DNA of 64,000 nucleotides from an uncultured Mycoplasmatota bacterium (GTDB taxonomy: Bacteria; Bacillota_I; Bacilli_A; RF39; UBA660): contig URLC01000001.1 of NCBI GenBank assembly GCA_900548695.1, positions 271,354-335,353 on the forward strand. Direction: 5' to 3'. Position numbers and translations under genes: made by a program. Positions 58,783-64,000 of the stretch are shown piece by piece (positions within the stretch are counted from its first letter, which is position 1; every line of letters starts with the position of its first letter). The notes beneath the pieces are model-generated. The model worked only from the letters and a program-made list of their open reading frames with translations. It had not been told where the DNA came from and made no database searches.

Positions 58783-60180
58783 ATGAAAAAGTTAAATCAA
58801 TTAATTTCTTGTGATTATGATATAGAAATTTCTGGGATTACTACTGATTCGAGAAAAGTAGAACCAGGGTATTTATTTGTTGCAACTAAGGGCTTTAATG
58901 TTGATCATTTTGATTATATTGAAGATGCTATTTCTCGTGGTGCTGTAGCAGTTATTGTTGATCGTCAATGTAGTTTTTCTATTCCAACTGTTTTTGTTTT
59001 AGATATCGATAAGACTTTGATTAAAATTTGTGAGACTTTTTATGAAGTTGATATTTCAGAATTTCATTTTGTTGGTATTACTGGTACAGACGGAAAGACA
59101 ACAACAGCAATGATTACTAGAAATTTATTAAATATGTTTTATCCTACGGCATATCTTGGAACTAATGGTCTTGTTTGTGGTGATGATAATTATGCTACTT
59201 CTAATACTACTCCTTGTATTGAAGAACTTTATCATTATTTTTCTATTATTAAAGAACATAAGTGTAAACATATTGTTATGGAAGTGTCTAGCGAAGCTTT
59301 ATTACATCATAGAGTTGATTCAATAATATTTGATGTTGTAGCTTTTACTAATATTACAGAAGATCATTTGAATGTTCATAAAACGCTTGAAAAATATAGA
59401 AGTTGCAAATTTAAATTGGCTGAGCTATGCAAACCATCTGGTAAGATATTTATCAATGGTGATGACAAAAACTGTCAATTGTTGACTGTAAATGATAAAG
59501 TTAGTTTTGGACTAAATAGTGGTAATGACTGTGTCATTTCTGATGTTAACAAATGTAAAGATTATGTAAATTTTATGACTACATATCAAGGCAAGCAGTT
59601 TACTTTTTCTAGTCCATTTGTTGGTCTTTACAATGTGTATAATGTTACATTGGCTTGGTTAATCGTTGGTTTTTTTGTATCAGATTTAGATGTTTTATCA
59701 AAGAAAATTTCATTATTGCCTGGTGTTTTAGGTAGAAGGGAAATTTTTAAGACTTCTTTAGGTGTTGATATTTTATTGGATTATGCTCATACAGAAAATG
59801 GAATTTTAAATTTATTAAGGAGCTTAGATGATTATAAGTCGCTTATTGTAGTAACTGGAGCAGCTGGTGGGAGAGAAGTGGAAAAAAGAAGTAGGATTGG
59901 GGATATTTTATTTAAATATGCCACCTTTATTGTATTTACTATGGATGATCCACGATATGAAGATCCTGAAGAAATTGCAAAGCAAATCATAGGAAAACAT
60001 CAGGAGAAAAATTATACATTTATAAAAGATAGAAAAGAAGCTATTAGTTATGCTTTATCTATTAGTTCAAAAGATTCGGTCGTGGCAGTGATTGGAAAAG
60101 GTAGGGATAATTATATGGCTATTGAAGATAAAAGACTTCCTTATTCTGATTATGATGTTATTAAAAAATTATTGAAATAA
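58783..60180 (+). CDS. murE: UDP-N-acetylmuramoyl-L-alanyl-D-glutamate--diamino-acid ligase (MurE)
   Basis: N-terminal DSRKVEPGYLFVATKG; Mur ligase P-loop GITGTDGKTTTA; DDPR motif in the position of DNPR. Confidence 0.8.
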   Translation: MKKLNQLISCDYDIEISGITTDSRKVEPGYLFVATKGFNVDHFDYIEDAISRGAVAVIVDRQCSFSIPTVFVLDIDKTLIKICETFYEVDISEFHFVGITGTDGKTTTAMITRNLLNMFYPTAYLGTNGLVCGDDNYATSNTTPCIEELYHYFSIIKEHKCKHIVMEVSSEALLHHRVDSIIFDVVAFTNITEDHLNVHKTLEKYRSCKFKLAELCKPSGKIFINGDDKNCQLLTVNDKVSFGLNSGNDCVISDVNKCKDYVNFMTTYQGKQFTFSSPFVGLYNVYNVTLAWLIVGFFVSDLDVLSKKISLLPGVLGRREIFKTSLGVDILLDYAHTENGILNLLRSLDDYKSLIVVTGAAGGREVEKRSRIGDILFKYATFIVFTMDDPRYEDPEEIAKQIIGKHQEKNYTFIKDRKEAISYALSISSKDSVVAVIGKGRDNYMAIEDKRLPYSDYDVIKKLLK

Positions 60181-60186
60181 CCAATT

Positions 60187-60213
60187 ATCGACAATATTCG
60201 ACATTGTTCGACA
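60187..60213 (-). promoter_or_regulatory. three tandem Spo0A boxes (TGTCGAT, TGTCGAA, TGTCGAA on the minus strand) phased at exactly 10 bp
   Basis: Plus-strand TATCGACA (60187-60193), ATTCGACA (60196-60203), GTTCGACA (60206-60213). The reverse complement TGTCGAA is the 0A-box consensus. Confidence 0.55.
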
Positions 60214-60282
60214 AAATAATTTGGCATATTATTTTACGTTACTTGTGAGTAATATTAAGATTATTTTGAAAGGAATGTTAGT

Positions 60283-60837
60283 TTGAAAAATAAGAAAGTT
60301 ATTTTTTGTTATTTTGATGTTGAAAAAAATAATTATATGGAAATTAGTGGTAAAATTAATCCTTATGATTATGCTGATTTTAAAAATGAGGTTTATCATA
60401 TGAAACTTGATTCTATTCATTCTACGAATTCTTTTTTTAAGGAAGCATTTTCAACAGCCGATTTGCTGAGACTATTCTGTTCAAGTTCTGAGGTTGTTGA
60501 TTTAACTTTTTTATCTAGAATTTTAAATGATGTCAGTTTAGATGATGATAGATTAAAAGCTATTTTAAATTCTTTTTTTAGTAAAATAGAAATTGATGGT
60601 ATTTTTTCATATACGAAAGAGCAGCTTGGGACGATTATTAGGGAGGCTAATAACCCTATTTTTCTACAGCCGTTTACGTATAATCAGGTTAATAGACAAG
60701 TAGCTAGTCTTGATTATAATACAAAGGCTTTATTAGCTAGTGATTATGATTTTGTTAAAGCTTATCGTTTGCAACAAGAGGGCTTTAAAAATGAGGAATA
60801 CAACAGAGTTTCTACTTTAGTAAAAACAGTTTCTTAA
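60283..60837 (+). CDS. hypothetical protein (TTG start), candidate Spo0A-regulated gene
   Basis: AAAGGAA RBS 7 nt before TTG at 60283; terminator at 60836-60872; 0A boxes about 70 bp upstream. Confidence 0.4.
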   Translation: MKNKKVIFCYFDVEKNNYMEISGKINPYDYADFKNEVYHMKLDSIHSTNSFFKEAFSTADLLRLFCSSSEVVDLTFLSRILNDVSLDDDRLKAILNSFFSKIEIDGIFSYTKEQLGTIIREANNPIFLQPFTYNQVNRQVASLDYNTKALLASDYDFVKAYRLQQEGFKNEEYNRVSTLVKTVS

Positions 60838-60872
60838 AAAGTCTAGAAAGTTAATTTCTAGACTTTTTCTTT
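60836..60872 (+). terminator. rho-independent terminator
   Basis: GTCTAGAAA-loop-TTTCTAGAC followed by a T-tract. Confidence 0.75.
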
Positions 60873-60948
60873 TTCTTGACAATGGTTAGAATTGAAATTA
60901 CAATAGAATTAGATTTAGGTGTTTACTTAATCTAGATGGAGGGAATAT

Positions 60949-62502
60949 ATGGATAATTATTTTTTCTCCATTTTACTTGTAGTACTTGGATTACTTATTG
61001 GTATTTTTATAGCTTTTGTTATAAATAGTATCAGAGTTAGTGCTACTTCTAAGAAAGTTGCTCGTCTTATGGAAGAAGCGAAGAAGGATGTTGAAAAATT
61101 ACGTCGTGATGCAGCTTTAGAACAAAAGGAAGAAGCACATAAATTAAAAATGGATTTAGATAGGGAAATTCGTGAGAAGAAAGAAGAAATAAAAGAATCT
61201 GAGAGTAGATTATTGCAACGTGAGGCTAGTATTGATAAGCGTGATGAATTATATCAGAAGAGAGAATCTGCTTTAGACGAACGTGAAGAAAAGCTTTCTC
61301 AAAAACAACTTGAAATCCAGAATGAGAAAAGTAAAGTGGATGAAATAAAAAAAGAACAATTAGAATTGTTAGAAAAAATCTCTGGTTTTAGTAAAGAAAA
61401 AGCGAAGAGTATGGTTATGAGCCAAGTAAAAGAAAATATGAGTAAAGAAATTGCTGAGTTTATTCGTGAAAGTGAAAATGAGGCAAAGCTTAACGCAGAT
61501 AGAAAAGCTAAAGAGTTAATTGTTACTTCTATGCAGAAGTATGCTGCAGATATTGCTAGTGAGCAAACAGTTACAGTTGTTGATTTACCTAATGATGAGA
61601 TGAAGGGACGAATTATTGGTCGTGAGGGACGTAATATTCGTACTATTGAAGCTATTACTGGTGTTGATTTAATTATTGATGATACTCCGGAAGCAGTAGT
61701 TTTATCTAGTTTTGATCCTTTACGTCGGGAAATTGCTAGAGTCACTTTAGAAACATTGATTAAGGATGGTCGAATTCATCCAACTAGAATAGAAGAGTTG
61801 TATGATAAAGTGTGTCATGACATGAAGCAAAAGATTATTGAGTATGGTCAAGATGCTACTTTTGAGTTGGGACTAACAAAGTTTGATCCATCTTTGATTG
61901 AAACAATTGGTAAACTTTATTTTAGATCTAGTTATGGGCAAAATGCTTTACAACACTCGTTAGAGGTTGCTCATTTATCAGGATTGTTAGCTAGTGAATT
62001 AGGTGAAAATGAAACAATTGCTAAAAGAGCAGGGCTTTTACATGATATTGGTAAAGCAATTGATCATGAAATTGAAGGTAGTCATGTAGATATCGGAGTT
62101 GATATTGCCAAGAAATATCATGAAGATTCTATTGTAATTAATGCGATTGCCTCTCATCATGGCGATGTTCCAGCGACCAGTATTATTGCTAGTATCGTAT
62201 CAATTGCTGATGCTTTATCAGCTTCTAGACCTGGTGCTAGAAACGACTCCTTGGAAAATTATATTAAGAGACTTTCTCAATTAGAGGAGGTTGGAAATAA
62301 TATTCCTGGTGTTGAAAAGACTTTTGCAGTTCAAGCGGGACGTGAGTTACGTGTAGTTGTTAAACCAGAAGAGGTTGATGATTTAGAAGCACATCGTATT
62401 GCTAGAGAAGTAAAAGAAAAGATTGAAGCAAATATGAAATATCCTGGAACTATTAAGATTACAGTAGTTAGAGAAGTCAGAGCACAGGAGGAAGCAAAAT
62501 AG
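60949..62502 (+). CDS. rny: ribonuclease Y
   Basis: N-terminal TM, coiled-coil, KH domain, HD domain (HSLEVAHL...LLHDIGK); 517 aa. Confidence 0.93.
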   Translation: MDNYFFSILLVVLGLLIGIFIAFVINSIRVSATSKKVARLMEEAKKDVEKLRRDAALEQKEEAHKLKMDLDREIREKKEEIKESESRLLQREASIDKRDELYQKRESALDEREEKLSQKQLEIQNEKSKVDEIKKEQLELLEKISGFSKEKAKSMVMSQVKENMSKEIAEFIRESENEAKLNADRKAKELIVTSMQKYAADIASEQTVTVVDLPNDEMKGRIIGREGRNIRTIEAITGVDLIIDDTPEAVVLSSFDPLRREIARVTLETLIKDGRIHPTRIEELYDKVCHDMKQKIIEYGQDATFELGLTKFDPSLIETIGKLYFRSSYGQNALQHSLEVAHLSGLLASELGENETIAKRAGLLHDIGKAIDHEIEGSHVDIGVDIAKKYHEDSIVINAIASHHGDVPATSIIASIVSIADALSASRPGARNDSLENYIKRLSQLEEVGNNIPGVEKTFAVQAGRELRVVVKPEEVDDLEAHRIAREVKEKIEANMKYPGTIKITVVREVRAQEEAK

Positions 62503-62634
62503 TTGCTTCTTTTTGTTTTATAGAAAAAACTTTACATTTATATACATATTAGATATTTGTTTTATCACGTAAATCTTGATATAAAAAATTATAAGTTGCT
62601 ATAATATGGTTATAGTAGTGAGAGGTAAGTTTAT

Positions 62635-63372
62635 ATGAAACAATGTTTTAAATGTGGTAATTATTTGGATGACAATCAAAATTTTTGTGCTAATTGTGGA
62701 ACAGCAATAAATGGGTATGATAACAACTTTAGCAATATTAATACTCAGAATAATTTAACTTCGAATGATAATCCCAATAATTCAGTAAGTAATATGACAA
62801 CTAGTTTTCAAAATCTTGATAATAATATTAATCAAGATAATAACTTTTCTGGTATGAGTACTAATAATTCTAGTACGGCTAGTAGTTATCAAGTTAATAG
62901 TATGATAAGTTCTAAAGATAGTGGTGGAAGTACTATTCCAAGAATTAGTAAAAGAAATATTGTTGGGGCTGTTATTTTTTGTATTATTACGTGTGGCTTG
63001 TTTGGAGTTTTTTGGCAATTTTGGATTATTAATGATACTAAAAAGTTAACTGGTGATAATAAAATAACAACTTTACCATTAGTACTAATTATTGTAATGA
63101 GCTTGCTATTTTATATATTAACTTTTATAAGTCCAATTTTAGGAATTATAGATTTAATTATTATTTGTGGTTGTATCATTTATACTTACTATCTAAATTA
63201 TAAAATAGGTAGAGGCTTATATTTAGCCGGGCAACAATATAATAAGGTTGTATCAGATTATTCAATTATTTATTTGGTTTTATCTATTTTTGGTGTGGGA
63301 ATAGGTTATATGATAAATATGTGTTTAATGCAAAATGATTTAAATAAATTTGGTGTTAATAAGGGTGAATAA
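62635..63372 (+). CDS. zinc-ribbon / low-complexity / TM membrane protein, hypothetical (architecture similar to 44882-45937)
   Basis: CFKCGNYLDDNQNFCANCG followed by an N/S-rich linker and 3-4 TM helices. Confidence 0.45.
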   Translation: MKQCFKCGNYLDDNQNFCANCGTAINGYDNNFSNINTQNNLTSNDNPNNSVSNMTTSFQNLDNNINQDNNFSGMSTNNSSTASSYQVNSMISSKDSGGSTIPRISKRNIVGAVIFCIITCGLFGVFWQFWIINDTKKLTGDNKITTLPLVLIIVMSLLFYILTFISPILGIIDLIIICGCIIYTYYLNYKIGRGLYLAGQQYNKVVSDYSIIYLVLSIFGVGIGYMINMCLMQNDLNKFGVNKGE

Positions 63373-63653
63373 GTAGATATTTGTGTTGTAAAAGTATTAA
63401 GATATTAATCTTAATGCTTTTTTTATTAAAATTTGGAGTACATCAGTTTAATTATATTTTAATTCTATATTATAAGTGTATTTTCTTGGCAGATTATTTG
63501 TTTCGAAATTTCTATCGTCTAAATAACATTTACAAATAAATTATAAGGAACTATCTTTTTAATTAATATTTGACACTTTAGTAAATAATTCTATTTATTA
63601 TACTTAATCATTTATATAGAAATCGTCTTGCGAATTGGTTCTTTTATTGTATT

Positions 63654-63680
63654 AAAAAACCGCACCATTTGGTGCGGTTC
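63654..63680 (-). terminator. rho-independent terminator of the RNase J-like gene (minus strand)
   Basis: AACCGCACC-loop-GGTGCGGTT; the T-tract is on the minus strand. Confidence 0.7.
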
Positions 63681-63710
63681 GAATTTTAATTGAGGGAAAA
63701 ATAGAGTTAA

Positions 63711-64000
63711 CTATTTTTCTTTTTTAATGTCTAAAATGATAGGTAGAATAATAGGCTTTCTACCTGTTAATCCATTAATGAAAGGATATAATTCTTCGGT
63801 TATATCACTTTTTAATGTTTGGAATGTTGTTTTAGGATTTGCTAACTCGGATTTAATAATTGCTTCAGCTTTGTCTTCAATTTTGTGGATTAGTTCTTCA
63901 TTTTCATTTACAAGTACGAATCCTCTAGTTGTAATATTTGGCTTGATTAATAGTTCTTTTTTCTTCATGTTTACATTTACTATAACAACTAAGATACCAT
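63711..64000 (-). CDS. C-terminal part of a ribonuclease J-like protein (partial; continues beyond the window)
   Basis: The frame is open to the window edge. TTRGFVLVNENEELI resembles the RNase J C-terminal ISRGFVYVRESEELL region. Confidence 0.45.
   Translation of the reverse strand, partial: GILVVIVNVNMKKKELLIKPNITTRGFVLVNENEELIHKIEDKAEAIIKSELANPKTTFQTLKSDITEELYPFINGLTGRKPIILPIILDIKKEK

Noticed and set aside
60187-60213. 10-bp-periodic TCGACA repeats considered as a CRISPR or tandem-repeat element
   Set aside because: Only three 7-8-bp units with no spacers of CRISPR size. The reverse complement matches the Spo0A box, so I interpret it as a regulatory array.
61299-61745. 148-aa ORF antisense to rny
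   Set aside because: Serine-rich mirror frame of the RNase Y coiled-coil region.
62750-62960. Asn/Ser-rich low-complexity DNA considered as a possible non-coding repeat
   Set aside because: It lies in-frame inside a continuous ORF between a zinc ribbon and TM helices, so it is a disordered coding linker.
62782-63018. 78-aa ORF antisense to the zinc-ribbon membrane protein
   Set aside because: Low-complexity antisense frame of an N/S-rich coding stretch.
1-64000. Searched for tRNA, rRNA, CRISPR arrays, integrases, transposases and IS terminal inverted repeats
   Set aside because: None found. The only structured RNAs I could support are the two T-box leaders and RNase P RNA. No recombinase or transposase-like ORFs are present.

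Overview
This is a 64 kb window of AT-rich (about 30% GC) chromosomal DNA from a low-GC, endospore-forming Firmicute. Spore formation is supported by SpoIVA, an alpha/beta-type SASP, a Cse60-like protein, a SpoVB/MurJ-like flippase and a triple Spo0A-box array. Almost every intergenic gap ends in a hairpin plus T-tract terminator. Gene order repeatedly matches Bacillus subtilis blocks: der...spoIVA-hbs; cca-dnaD-nth / ponA-recU-gpsB-rnpB; rodZ-like-pgsA-recA...rny; rpsD/ezrA-thiI; ytxG-ytxH-tyrS. Housekeeping content includes fhs, leuS, tyrS, trmB, rpsD, ezrA, thiI, two tandem acetate-kinase paralogues, nrnA, engB, der, hup, cca, dnaD, nth, ponA, recU, gpsB, pgsA, recA, murE, rny and a partial RNase J. 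Cell-envelope genes include tandem FemAB-family transferases, MurE, an M15 carboxypeptidase, a class A PBP, a sortase with adjacent surface adhesin, and an NfeD/stomatin pair. Non-coding features are two T-box leaders (Leu specifier CUU before leuS; Tyr specifier UAC before a CYTH gene plus tyrS), a type-B RNase P RNA abutting gpsB, and a 10-bp-phased triple Spo0A-box array after murE. The most unusual observation is a complete Nudix hydrolase domain with a textbook Nudix box inserted in-frame into LeuRS (937 aa) just after the CP1 editing domain; this LeuRS also carries a KMGKR variant of KMSKS. Other candidates for follow-up: a CYTH triphosphatase translationally coupled to tyrS under the tyrosine T-box; a Cys-rich, possibly nucleotidyltransferase-like protein coupled to a PHP (TrpH-like) phosphoesterase behind a perfect consensus promoter; a ComGC-like pilin N-terminus on a gene between ezrA and thiI; and a sortase whose membrane anchor lies upstream of any canonical start codon. 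No CRISPR array, tRNA, rRNA or clear mobile element was seen.
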